Source: Schmidtea polychroa
Taxonomy: Eukaryota
Length of the DNA stretch: 64,000 bases
NCBI GenBank assembly: GCA_044892525.1
Contig: CM097885.1
Span: 233,740,001-233,804,000, forward strand
Reading direction: 5' to 3'
Shown here: positions 28,819 to 41,700 of the stretch, piece after piece
How the letters are laid out: every line of letters begins with the position of its first letter
How positions within the stretch are numbered: the first letter of the stretch is position 1
Translations under genes and position numbers: made by a program
The notes under the pieces: generated by a model
What the model was told of the DNA's origin: nothing
Databases searched by the model: none
The model's input: the letters and a program-made list of their open reading frames with translations, nothing else

Positions 28819-31800
28819 GATGAGTGCCCCATTGAAAATTTAAACAATTTGACATTTATTTAAATTTAAAGATTATTAGAAGTTGAAATCAATATGGCAA
28901 AAAATGATAGTTAAATGTGAGTAATAAAAGAGATAAATAAAAGTTTTCAATTTGTCATTTATGACGAAAATAATTTTATTATTTTTCATAAATGAAAATT
29001 CTTTTTGATGTTATATATACCCGAAAGATATAATGTACAAGATTTAAAATAGTAAAGAAAATATCATTTACTTTAAATTAATGAAATTCTGAATTTTCGG
29101 TAATTATTTAAATTAATTATTAATAATTTATATTTGAGAAATAATCATTTTTAAGGTCAATTAATAGTTATAGTTGTTTATATAGTCATAATTATATTTG
29201 GTTATCTTTAAAAATCATTCTTAATAATCCATAGAGAATTCATCACTAGAATTCATACTCTTCCATAAACAATAAAATTTGGTGTCGAATATCGAGAAAA
29301 TGGATAAATAAACTGTATACTTGATTAATTCAGAAATTTTTCCCACTAATATTTTTGAATTCTTACAATTAAATGTATTATTATTATAATTAAATGTATT
29401 ATTATTATAATTATTATAATTATCATAATAATTATAATTATTAATATTATTATTATTATTAATATTATTGTTGTTATTATTATTAAATGATGATTTATTG
29501 GTAGTAGAAATAGTTAGATGTTAAAGAAGTAAATAAAGAAGTGAATACATTGCACGTGATGCAGTACACAACATTTATTCGGAAGCATATTTTCTATGGT
29601 GTCTAGCAGTTTTTTTATACAAGTGTTTTGTTTTTTGGTGCTGATTACCAGAGCTTCTCTAGATGTTTAGGAATTGGTTGCTAAGTGAATTGAAAGGCAT
29701 TGTCCATAAGTTCTTTCATCTCTTTAAAGTCATCGATGTCGGTGATGAATGGAATATTCAGATAAGAATAATTCTTTCTTTTTTGTGTTGTATCTTTTTG
29801 GATATGAATTCATTCTTTCAATGTCCTTTTTGTAATACCGGTTTTTGTATAGGACTTTGTTGAATTTTAATTGCTGTTTAAAGCTCTCTCCTTTAGAACT
29901 TCGATTGTTTATCATTTGTTTCTTGTTCCTTATGACATTTACTTTTATTAAGTATGGAAGTGTAAATTTTTGTTGCATAAATATTTTTTTATTGTTAATA
30001 TGATTATTTCTTATTATGTAATATGGGCATACTTTTATTTTAAAAATAATTTCGTTTAATTTTAGTTATTTTAATTTGCATACCTGCCGTATCATACAAT
30101 ATAGAACCCCTTTTATTTTATTTTACTTGATAATATGATAACATGTAAAATTTATATAATATGATTAGTTTGTTGGGGATCATACTAAAAGGTTCATTTT
30201 AAGAAAACTTGGAAATTGGAAAATTTAAAAATTAACACAAATAAAGTTTTCAAAAATCCTTTAAAATATATTCAATTTATTTTTATAAAAATTAATTTAA
30301 TTTAAACAAAACTCAATATTGAGCAAAGCAAGTTATCACTGTAAATTTATTGATAAAATGTCTGCAATCAATAACTAATATGGAATTTTCTTGAAAACCT
30401 CTTCAAATAAACTTTCGTATTTTCGAGTACACAATATCTGAAATATTATGATCAAATTTTATGGCTAATCTTTTTCTTCTCTGAAACGAATTGAGAATTA
30501 TATTTTAATAATTGTTTTTTTATATTAAAATTCATACTTTCTACAAATAATAGGCNNNNNNNNNNNNNNNNNNNNNNNNNNNNNNNNNNNNNNNNNNNNN
30601 NNNNNNNNNNNNNNNNNNNNNNNNNNNNNNNNNNNNNNNNNNNNNNNNNNNNNNNNNNNNNNNNNNNNNNNNNNNNNNNNNNNNNNNNNNNNNNNNNNNN
30701 NNNNNNNNNNNNNNNNNNNNNNNNNNNNNNNNNNNNNNNNNNNNNNNNNNNNNNNNNNNNNNNNNNNNNNNNNNNNNNNNNNNNNNNNNNNNNNNNNNNN
30801 NNNNNNNNNNNNNNNNNNNNNNNNNNNNNNNNNNNNNNNNNNNNNNNNNNNNNNNNNNNNNNNNNNNNNNNNNNNNNNNNNNNNNNNNNNNNNNNNNNNN
30901 NNNNNNNNNNNNNNNNCTGTGAATAAGATTTTTGAAAGACTTCTTTGTCGAATATTCAAATTTCTAATTGCAACACCCAATATTAGGCAATTATATGCGC
31001 AAGCAAAATTTGTACACAAAATTGTACACAAATTGCATTATCTAGGTTCAAATGTCACTTATTATCTATATTACTCTCAAGTATGAGGTTAAAAATAAGA
31101 CATAATATTAAGTTCTGGGTAGTATAATGCTTTAGTTGACTATATCCTAAAGGAACTAAATATACTAAACTCCTCAATTTTCATTATCCTACTGGTAATT
31201 GTTTTGATAGATATTGTTGGTCCACATTAGTGCGATTGCATAATTCCATTTCTATCATTGACTGTAAGACTCATTGCTTGGAGGTTATTCGGCGGTGTAC
31301 TATTCCTGCTAAGACTATAGCCAATTTTCTAGTTCAGAATTGGATTTATCCATACATCGTTCCAAAAGTCATACTCGGTGAACAGGGAACACAATTAAAA
31401 TCATAGTTTTTTCAATCTCTCACTGACAAAATTGATAATAAAAATCTACGATCAACTCCATACCATCTACAGTCCACAGACTACTTGAAAGTTTTCACTA
31501 GCATTTCTTAGCATCTATTAACCAACAAAGTTGGACCAAAGTTTTATTTTTTGTAACTTTGATAAGGTGAATGTGGATTATGTTCATCACAATCTATTTT
31601 TATGGCATCTATATATTTACCTAACCAACTTCTAGATTTAAATTGTTCCCGTACTTAAAACGATCCTACCATTTCAAGAGATAATTTCTTTTCGATTGAC
31701 AGCAATCTTAAATTTTTTTGCAATCATTTTATATAAACAAAAAGTCACACTTTTACGAACGAAACATAACTGATTCTGACTTTTAACCGAGATATTCATT

Positions 31801-34800
31801 CTAGTCAATATATATCAAAGATAATGCCGTACATGTCATAATCGTTAGCTGGGAACGTGAAATAAATCTGTGTTGTTTGAAATCAGCATTCACTTTTTTG
31901 ATGAGTTTCAACAATAACACAAACTTTCCCACATCTGTCCTTACTATTAATATTGAAGATAAAACTAATAACGAAAAGATTTAACCAAAACAGTCCATAT
32001 CAAAAACTGAATCCAAATATAATGCCGTTTTGTTCATTGACGACCTAAACTTCAAAAAACAAGTAAGAATTCAAAAGAAACAAAAAATGTCACTTATCAT
32101 TACTAGGTTTATATTTGTAGTTTTAAATAAAGAATGAATGCTCCAACGAAGTTTGTACAAATATACTCAAACAAATTATTCACTTTCCTTTTGATCACTC
32201 TCTACTTAACATTGCAAGTACTACCTATAGTACTTTGTAAGAAAGTCTTTCCGATACTGCATTTCACCGAATGATTTTAAAATCGGATCCGAGAACCTGA
32301 CCACTCCATTTCTAAGCCACATCAAATATCACTGTTTGTCTCTCTTATAAATAAATTTGATATTTTGCAAATTAGGTATTTCTGAAACTCATTTCATCCA
32401 AATTGAGGTAAGCACAACGAAAATTTGCATAGCCATTTGACAGCGATAAGTTCGAACATTTTTAAAATAAAGTGTTTTTTTTAAGATTCTTTAGTTTATT
32501 TATTTAAATCCAATATTTTTATTTTTTAATATGGTTATTATTTCTTCAAAATCATTTTGTCACTGACTGATATATTATAAGGTGACCATGGTTAGAGTTT
32601 GTTATATTCTGCATTGAATCATCGCTGATAGCTACGCTAAATACCGATACTAGATGAAAAACTTGCAAACTTGTTTTGCAATCATGGCGTTTTTAGAATA
32701 AATTTTAAATAATCTTGAAATAAAAAAAACGTGTGCTTCCATCAAATCTAGTTTGTATAAGAGGCAAAGGTAGTCATATCATAAACATTTTTGAAACAAA
32801 AGCATAATCAATTCGATATAAAAACAAAAGATGATGTGTAAGATCTTTTATTTAAATTTTTCATTTTTTCTTTAATTTTATGATGCAATTATCATTTTTT
32901 TTCTTGATTTATTCAGTTAGACGGATTTTTAATTTTTTTTCTAAATTTTTCAAACTAATTGTTTCTTAATTTTCAGAACTTAAATTTTGCTCAATAAAAT
33001 ACCTATAATTTAATGCATATAAATCTTTTTGGAATCTCATTTGTACAAAACTTATCCCAAGACTACTAAATCATTCAAAAACAAAATGAAAATGGTTAGA
33101 TTGAATTGGTTTGGAAAAGCATATTAAATAAATCAGATTTATATTTGTATTTTTTGATAAATTTTTATAACTAATCCTCTTACAAGTTAGTTTTCTATTA
33201 TTGACTTTGAATTCTTTACTATTTATTTATTTATTCTCCTATATTTATTGCAGAAATATTAGTTTACAACCCTATAAATCTCTCGTGAAAAATTTTGTAA
33301 TTTAAACAAATTAATTTAGAGAATAAATTTTATTTTAACTAAATGTATTATAAATATTTGTCATTCCTGATGATTTAAAAAAATTATCTAAACAATAAGA
33401 AATCATCTAAAATTTGTAAATAAATTCGTCAATTAAAACAATTTACAAATAAAATCAAACTTTCATTAGTATTTAGTTTGAAGTTTGTTTGATCATAACT
33501 TTTATTCGGTTAAATTAAGTTAGAAACATTTTAATAAATTAAAGAAAAATGTTCCCTAAGAAAATAGAATTTGAAAAATATTTAAGATTGATTTAACGAA
33601 ATCTGACAGCTGAATTCATTTACAACTGTAATTAAGTAATGCAAAATATTCTACTTCTCTTAATGATTTCAAAAATTAGTAAATAAATGATAAATATCAA
33701 TAAAACTAAACCAGATTGAAACCATGTCATCTGCGCGGACGTCAATTGCGCGGACGTCAATTGCGCGGACGTCAATTGCGCGGACGTCAATTGCGCGGGT
33801 CNNNNNNNNNNNNNNNNNNNNNNNNNNNNNNNNNNNNNNNNNNNNNNNNNNNNNNNNNNNNNNNNNNNNNNNNNNNNNNNNNNNNNNNNNNNNNNNNNNN
33901 NNNNNNNNNNNNNNNNNNNNNNNNNNNNNNNNNNNNNNNNNNNNNNNNNNNNNNNNNNNNNNNNNNNNNNNNNNNNNNNNNNNNNNNNNNNNNNNNNNNN
34001 NNNNNNNNNNNNNACTCCGAGTCTATCCGACAAAATATTTTGTCCCCCTATGGGTAATGCTCACAAGGGTACTGCTCACGCTCAACAACTCACAAGGGTA
34101 TTATTAAACAATTGACTACCCGCGCAATTGCCTACCGCGCAGTTCGACCCGCGCAATTGGCGTCCGCGCAATTGACGTGCTACGACCAGATTTCTATTTA
34201 ATAAAAAATATTTTAAAAATACCCATAAAACCACATATTTGGAAATATTTAGCAAAAATAAAATGTTAATTATATCTATTTAAATAAAATCCGGAATTTA
34301 TTATGTAAATAAGTGTCTAAAAATTTCGTTTTAGACTATTTTAATTATTCATTAGTTCCAAAATAATTTTGAAAAGACCTTTAATATTATCTATTAAACA
34401 AATATTTTAGTAATTTCACTAAACATTTTAAAATTGTAAAAATACTATTGCAAAAGTACAAATTTAAATTAATGTTATCGATAATTTAAATACATTACAT
34501 ACATTTATTTGTATAATTTATATTATTTATTNNNNNNNNNNNNNNNNNNNNNNNNNNNNNNNNNNNNNNNNNNNNNNNNNNNNNNNNNNNNNNNNNNNNN
34601 NNNNNNNNNNNNNNNNNNNNNNNNNNNNNNNNNNNNNNNNNNNNNNNNNNNNNNNNNNNNNNNNNNAGTGCAAAATATTTAATTGAAATTAATTAAATAT
34701 AATTATTAGGACAACATTTAAATAATTTAAATAATTTTGAGATTTTATTACCACTTCATTACTAAATTATGATTCGCTAATAAAATATTCTAATTTCATT

Positions 34801-36353
34801 GGTGAATCAAAATTATGTCGTTAATTAAAGGAAAACCCATATTTTTTAAAAATATGGTTTAAATTAAGAAAAATATATGTATATATTGTTCTATTTATTT
34901 TCCGAATAAATTGAAAAAAATTAATTTTCATAAAATGTGAAATGAGAAAATGAAATTAAAGTGAAATAAATACTGTTCAAGATTTTTCTATTTACTGAAA
35001 CCCAGCTGATTAACTAAATGGGAAAGACGAGGAAAATTTTTGCGAATTGTTTAAATAATCTTCAAATTAAAAATAAACTTCAATAGATGGGAACTGTGAG
35101 GGAATTTTATCATAAACATTTTGTATTAATCAACAGTCATTTTATTATTACTTACGATAAATTCAATAACATGACTTTACCATATGCAAACGTAAATAAA
35201 ATTCCAGCTGTTTTATTGTGCTTTAAGAAAAGTTGCTTTCTTTTATTGAGAAAAGAAACATAAAATAATTACATTTTATTTTATTTAGTTTTGGTGTTCA
35301 ATGAGATTTCTTCATTCCTTAGTAATGTCATATTTTTATTATTAATTTGAATTTAATATGCTTGACATATAGTAAATTTTATCCTAAAATATATATTCAT
35401 AAGAAAAATGTTATATTAACATATCTACTCAACTTAATTTAAATAAAATATATTTATTTAAAATTGATGAATTACAAATTTATTTAATTCATTCAATAAA
35501 ATATTATGTTTATGACACTGTCTTTATCGAAACAAATTTTTAAATCGAAATGTAACTTAATATAATTTAATTTTTAATAATTAAAATTAATACATACCAA
35601 TATTTAGTAGTTAAAAAATATTCATACATCTTCGCGCATATGTTTGAAATTATAGTGATAATTATCTATGATTTTACTGTAGTAAAACAAAATCTAAATT
35701 TTTAAAATTATTTTAAAATAATATTAGAAAAGCAATTCAAGTATTATTTTATTTTTATTAATGTAAATAAAAATTATTTTAGTAAATTTCAATCTTTTCA
35801 TAAAAATTATATATTATATAAATTTCGTTGAAAATTGAATATCTTTTTTTACTGGTAATTTTAATTATCACTGAATTATACAAAATTAATCGTTATTCAA
35901 ATTCATTGTTTTAGAATTAAAAATTGAATTAATTTTTAAAATATTTATTTTATAAATTTATAATTCAAAAAATGACTTTTATTTTCAACTGTTAGAGAAA
36001 TAACTAAAATATAATATTTTACCGAAAATTATTTTTAAAATATTAGGGTGTCAAGCATGAGTACAAATATTTTAAACAAATATAAATTACCTCTGAGAAA
36101 ATTAGGAATTTAAAAATATCTGATTACACCTATATCTTGATTGTGTTTAAAATTAGTTAGTAAACAGGTAATTTTGATATAAGTACTGACTGATTTATCT
36201 TTCAATCTCCCACTAGAATATTGTGTTTTAAAATTTTATCTCATAAACCGAAAATTAAATTAAAGCATAAGGTTCATAGTCCAACTTTTCCAAAAGAATT
36301 TGAAAACTTACAATTGTATCTAGATTTTAATCGGAGAAAATTTTTTTGTGAAG
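18960..36353 (+). CDS. Candidate multi-exon gene, tentatively a divergent DOCK-family GEF; structure incomplete
   Basis: AG/GT-bounded open exons: 19139-19188 (LRNFMTMEELFLLMKE), 19250 onward (IIVKRTKLRK), 19585-19618 (IKKLFRNIYLS), ~20030-20068 (QKLYIEIKNE), 22330 onward (AVENLYLEM..LFVDL..RDLI), 26185-26270 (EENILDRVILKLAEICLEV), 27178 onward (IFDTFIMYLVTAKMSHFKSL), 33254-33296, 36208-36353. Weak but collinear resemblance to DOCK1/2/5 motifs from memory. Confidence 0.3.
20345..20392 (-). ncRNA. Slightly degenerate minimal hammerhead ribozyme in the 3' pseudo-LTR region of a Penelope-like element
   Basis: Minus strand: GCGGC-CTGACGA-AGATTG-ttgta-CAATT-GAAA-TATA-TC-GCG. Palindromic ATATAT stem III; stem I imperfect. 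About 300 nt downstream of a GIY-YIG ORF on the same strand. Confidence 0.6.
20691..21204 (-). mobile_element. Penelope-like retroelement 3' end (RT thumb plus GIY-YIG endonuclease), 5' truncated or masked
   Basis: LPYSEG...[30 protein letters not shown]...ERVTCEALLIRYLNPKINDQ: GIY-YIG signature of the PLE type. Confidence 0.9.
28759..28814. repeat. (TA)n microsatellite; others at ~2994-3023 and ~48290-48350
   Basis: Direct inspection. Confidence 0.95.
29530..29980 (-). mobile_element. Decayed Penelope-like element fragment of a different family
   Basis: KVLYKNRYYKKDIER (similar to KNGYP), IPFITD (similar to IPYI) and VYCITCN across frames. Confidence 0.45.
31130..31520 (+). mobile_element. 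Ty3/Gypsy integrase remnant
   Basis: DIVGP..IID..TIANFLVQNWIYPYIVPKVILGEQGTQLKS*FFQSL..RSTPYHLQS..LESFH, with stops and frameshifts. Confidence 0.8.
33718..34184. mobile_element. Foldback-like non-autonomous DNA element with inverted subterminal 15-bp tandem arrays
   Basis: Left array (GTCAATTGCGCGGAC)n at 33725-33801; inverted degenerate array at about 34110-34180. 8-bp direct repeat ACCAGATT on both flanks. Centre masked. Confidence 0.75.
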
Positions 36354-36479
36354 GTAATTTGATTTTATAAATTGTGTATACTGGCCCGCTGACCACTCTC
36401 AGTTAGGGCTGAAATACTCCATTCCCCCAAATTATCACTCGTGTTGCGATCTCACGAAATAAGTTTTCGCATGTTTAGG

Positions 36480-37628
36480 TGATGAGTTATCGTGTATTTA
36501 TTGATTTTTAACTGCTTAAATGTGCAAAAGTGCAATTTCTGGTTATAGTCCACGATATTTTTGATTTTTAGACTAAAGTCCAAAGCATTCAAATATTTTT
36601 CACCATGAAAATTAAAATTATTGATTTTTAAGTCCAAAATGTGCAATGTAACTTTCATTATGGTCAGAGATGTTTTTTTCATTATTCTTAATATAGAAAC
36701 TATATTTTGTCCTGTATCCCATACGACAAAATATTTTCTTTGGCAGCAAACAAGGTTTTTTACAAAAATCAAAAAGTTTCTTTTTGATACTCATTTTGCG
36801 TTTTTAAGGAATCTTTATGGGAACATTAAGAACGCGACATTATTTGTCTTAATAATTTTGTATTTTAACATTTTAAACATCGTTGTTGGAAGAGTTAATA
36901 TCCAGTCTTTTCTTTGCCTCGTTTCTTAACTAATCTATCCACTTTTCTTCTGCTTCCTCTTCAGTTTTAATGGCTAATCTTACTATTTCACAACAGTTCC
37001 CCGGATTTCCTTTCTGCTTTGTCTTGTAAGCACAACGTTATCAGATCTATTACTACTTCCTTTAACAATTCTTGGATTAAATCCGCCCTAATTATGCAAG
37101 TTACACTCAGCTTTGGTATTACTGCTAAGTAAGTATAGATTTCGTTGTTCTGATATTTTAACGTTGTCCACCATCTTCCCACTACATCGAACATTTCTTT
37201 ACTACAGGCGATGATGTGTATGCTGAGTCTAAATTTCTTGGACGGTAGCATATTCATCATCAGATGTAGAATCCCAGATAGGAGGCAATTCATAAGTCCA
37301 CTGAAGAACCTCTAGTGGTGAGGCAAATTCACAAGGAAAGATACTTTTTGCCCTCACAATTAAACCATCGAAAACCGAAGAAGTTAAAGGTAAACCTGAA
37401 AGAGTTTTAACCGCTTCAGCGAACGATGAATTAACAAATTGTATCCTGTCAAGAAAACGAACAGACAATTTTTAAATATTAACAATAAGAGATATGAATT
37501 TTTCCATAGTGGTTCGAATGATATTAAATTTTCAATATGGAAAATCATTTAAACCATACTTCAAAATATGGTTGAGATCATACCCCTTCAAATTTCTGAA
37601 AGGCAATAGGTAACTGTATCTGAATTCG
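36480..37628 (-). mobile_element. Polinton/Maverick-type family B DNA polymerase remnant
   Basis: LPIAF..KGYDLNHIL..TTMEKFISL..VRFLDRIQFVNSSFAEAVKTL..KSIFPCE..LPPI: resembles the HNLxGYD / EKYISF / LRFIDSFQF / KGIFPYEY / LPP series of Polinton PolB. Contains stops. Confidence 0.75.
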
Positions 37629-38792
37629 NNNNNNNNNNNNNNNNNNNNNNNNNNNNNNNNNNNNNNNNNNNNNNNNNNNNNNNNNNNNNNNNNNNNNNNN
37701 NNNNNNNNNNNNNNNNNNNNNNNNNNNNNNNNNNNNNNNNNNNNNNNNNNNNNNNNNNNNNNNNNNNNNNNNNNNNNNNNNNNNNNNNNNNNNNNNNNNN
37801 NNNNNNNNNNNNNNNNNNNNNNNNNNNNNNNNNNNNNNNNNNNNNNNNNNNNNNNNNNNNNNNNNNNNTTTAGATTATTATCACAACTAAAATGATATTA
37901 AATTTGAAACTCAGTAAGTAGGGAAAAATTAAAAATTTAACAATCAAAATTATACATAAAACTAAGTATAACCCGTCAAAATGACGGAATCATGTTATCA
38001 ATCCAAATGCATAATTCTCCATAGATTTATTTGTATGTCCAAAAAAAGATAGATAACAGTCAAATAGAATTAATGGTTCAAATTGGACAAATTATGCATC
38101 ATTCGATAGAGGAAAGTCGATTTTCAAATAACATTAAAATAAAAATGCCATGTTGTCGATCAAAATTAAAAGTTATTATAAAATTTGCCATTTGGTGATT
38201 TTAATTAAGCGTTATTCCATAATCACTCATTCACATACACACATATATCAAGCTCGTACAATCTATGAATATGGGAAAAATATTTTCATAAAAAATATGG
38301 TTTAAATTAAGTTCAAAATTGAAAAACTAAAAAGAAAAAAATGAATATTACAAATAGCTCGGCATATAACATGAAATAATTATAAAATAAAAAGTAACCA
38401 TTTTGAAAATAATATTCAATCAATATAATTCAACAGCTCAATTGTTATCAAATGTACTAGACTAATTTAAAATATATTGCAAAAAATGGTGTTCATTTAT
38501 TTATATGAAAAAATACCATTGTTATTAAATAGTTTATCAAAATTATATTATAACAGTAAGATTTAATTGTCAAAAAAATTGTAAATGATAAAATATAATT
38601 GGCTGCAAATAAAATTCTTAATCATTAAAACAATGTTTGATGAACCATGGAAATATACAAAATATTATTAATAAGAATTAAAATTTTATAAGAAATTAAA
38701 TTGATATATTAATGTGTATATACTTGTTAAATAACTGTATTATTCATATTTTGCACAAATGCTGAAACAATTTGATAATGAAAATCACTAAC

Positions 38793-41700
38793 CAAAGTTA
38801 TAAAGATTATCGAAAGTCGATGACATCCGTATAATTTCATAATACAAATCGTCATACACCAAAGGACTGTGCAAAAATGTGTCTCCGTACGTAATGAATA
38901 AATTAAATATTATCACTATCTGAAAAAATAATAAATAATTATAATTATTAAACAATATAATTATTAAATAAATAAATAATGAAAATATTATCATATAAAT
39001 TACTATGTGAAAAAAATAGAAAACAATAATTTTATAATAAAAAATTAACATTGAGACATTTTTCACAACAATTAAAAATAAATTATAAAACTTTTTATAA
39101 ATTATTACGAAAAAATGATAGACGTGTAACTTTAATGTAACTACAAAATTGGTATTTCTCTCTGAAATTATAAATTTTAATCATGAGATTGTAATCGGGA
39201 ATTTAATAAATTGACCTTTGGGAAATGTTATTTCCAGTCTCCAGTTATATGATGTCAAAATATTTTATTTTGAGAGTCATGAATTATGGTTTTATGTGGG
39301 TTTCTTTCATTGTTCTCCACCATAACATTGTAATAATATTTCCAATAACTTTAAATTGTGTCATTCTTCTATAGCGATTTTAACTAATCACGAGAAATGC
39401 CATATGGAGTTATTGTTTGAGATTCGACCAAATAAAGTCCTCGGGATATGGTATACAACAGGGATGGCAAAACTTTCAAGTCTCGTGGGTGACTTTTGAC
39501 TTGTAAAGAAATTATTTTATATATCAAAAGAGTGATTTCAATTGTAATCTATTTATTTTATTTAAAAACAAGCAAGGAAGTAAAAATACATAAATGTAAT
39601 TTCTTTTTCCTGGGATATGAATTTTTTTGCGGGCGACTTACAATAGTTACGCGGTTAACGTCTTTGCCATCCGTGGTATACAAGGTATTGCAATGAGTAG
39701 ATTATATCTACCTAATAATATCAAAACTCTTGATCACGAATAGTAGTTCAGTAATGCATGTATAATTTCAATCTCAACCTATGTATTATAAAATACAAAA
39801 CTAATACCTAAATACCATAATCATAATGAAAAAACCCCACCAAAACTGGACAATATCAATTGATACATGAAAGTTCTGGTAACCATCCTATAACGCGGTA
39901 CACCAACAATGTGATCCAGAAAATCCGGGAATTCTTCAAACTTCATGTATATTTTGAATCAAATAATGCTATAGCAAGCCTGCTATGATAAATATAAATA
40001 AACTCTTTAATGTACTTTCTTTAACCATATACAGTACTTATATTGTATATAACTAATATTCACAGTTTGAAAATTGAAATAAATTGCAAACATCACAAAG
40101 TTTTACGCATGAAAATATCTATTTAATTTATGGTGGTATGAAATACTTAATCATTATTACCAGAAAAATGAAGCAGGAAAATTTCGACCCAATTTAAGAT
40201 GAAGGAAAAAAGGTAATCTTTACCCAATCAATATGAAGTGATGGATTCGATGAAATAATTGACATCCAAGAGTAAGTTGCTGAAGATGATATAAAAGAAA
40301 CAGATTTAATGATAATAATAACCGAAACATTATTGATTGAAGATTACTTTGAAGATATTTCCCAAAAAATTCACTTTAAAAAGTATTGGAAAGGTTTTGA
40401 TTTTAAAAAGCAGAAACTAAATGTTTAACTTTTGATTTTAATTTTTTTTATTCACAATAAATTAAAAGACAATATTATCGTCTAGAGAGAAAGTTTTTTC
40501 TTTTTTGAACACTACTCAAAGTTTTCGCAGAGTTAGTGTTTCCTAAAAACTGTGTTTACTAAGAACATATTTATTGAGTTGTTTCAGGGTTCCAGTACGT
40601 GTAATTAAACATAATATTCTCTATGATTTAAATATTAACAAGTCTTTAGAGATGAGATTAATATTTGCATAGCTACTAAAAGTATATTGCTTTAAGAGTA
40701 TAAATTAATAGCACTCGTGAAATGTTTCAACAGTCCTTGATTCACTTAATCAAATATCCAGCTTCTCATAAAAAAACCTTTTATATTTATTTTGAAACAT
40801 AAAAAAATGAATAATAGGAGAAATAATAATTTATGTGAACAAATATAAGAGCAACTTAGGTTACATTCATTCATATTTCAATAAATTATACATCTTGTTA
40901 GCGATTAATTAATATAATGAATTATGGTTTCTTTGTTGGCTAAATAATTTGAAACAATCAGTAAAATTAAATTTGCCATAAGCATACCATTTGTACGTCA
41001 CTCTCGCGTCATATGTTTTGGTTGGTTTTATTAACTACAATGCGCAGTTGCAAGTGTTGAAAGCTTGAAAATATTACAATAGATAAAAATTTTTTAAAAA
41101 TTCAAATTCTTTTAGAACTTGTTCATAAAGAAAACAAAAACAGCAATACAAACAAAATTAAATTTTTGAGATTGCATTGAATGTGTTAATTGACCCTAGC
41201 CGAACAATTGTGAAGCTGCTTGTTCAGTTATAGAAGCACTTTAGATAGTTTTGGATATATACGAATAGGTTCATTATATCCTTTACAGTTTATTTTTCAT
41301 GTGAATCTGACTTTATGCCACTCATGCACATCTATGAGTGCATAAAACGCGATATACTTTCTTTTTAAGACAGATTTAATTATTAAATGTTGTATCATTC
41401 AAAATACTATACTCATAAATCTTAAAAATATGAAAATTATCTCACTTTGTTCACTAGGTCGAAAACATTGCAATTCTGTGGTAAATCCTCGTAATTGTTT
41501 ATCAAATATCGTGTCAGAGTTATCAAGGCTAAATTGTATAAGAAAAAAATAATTAGATTTTTCATGTCATCAAATATATACAAAATAAATAATGATAAGA
41601 TTCAATTACAAAAATTCAAATAGCTTCTTAAGTTGGATGTAACCAAAGAGAATATTATAGGGAAATAACCCAAGGGAAAAAATTAACTAGCAATTTAGGT

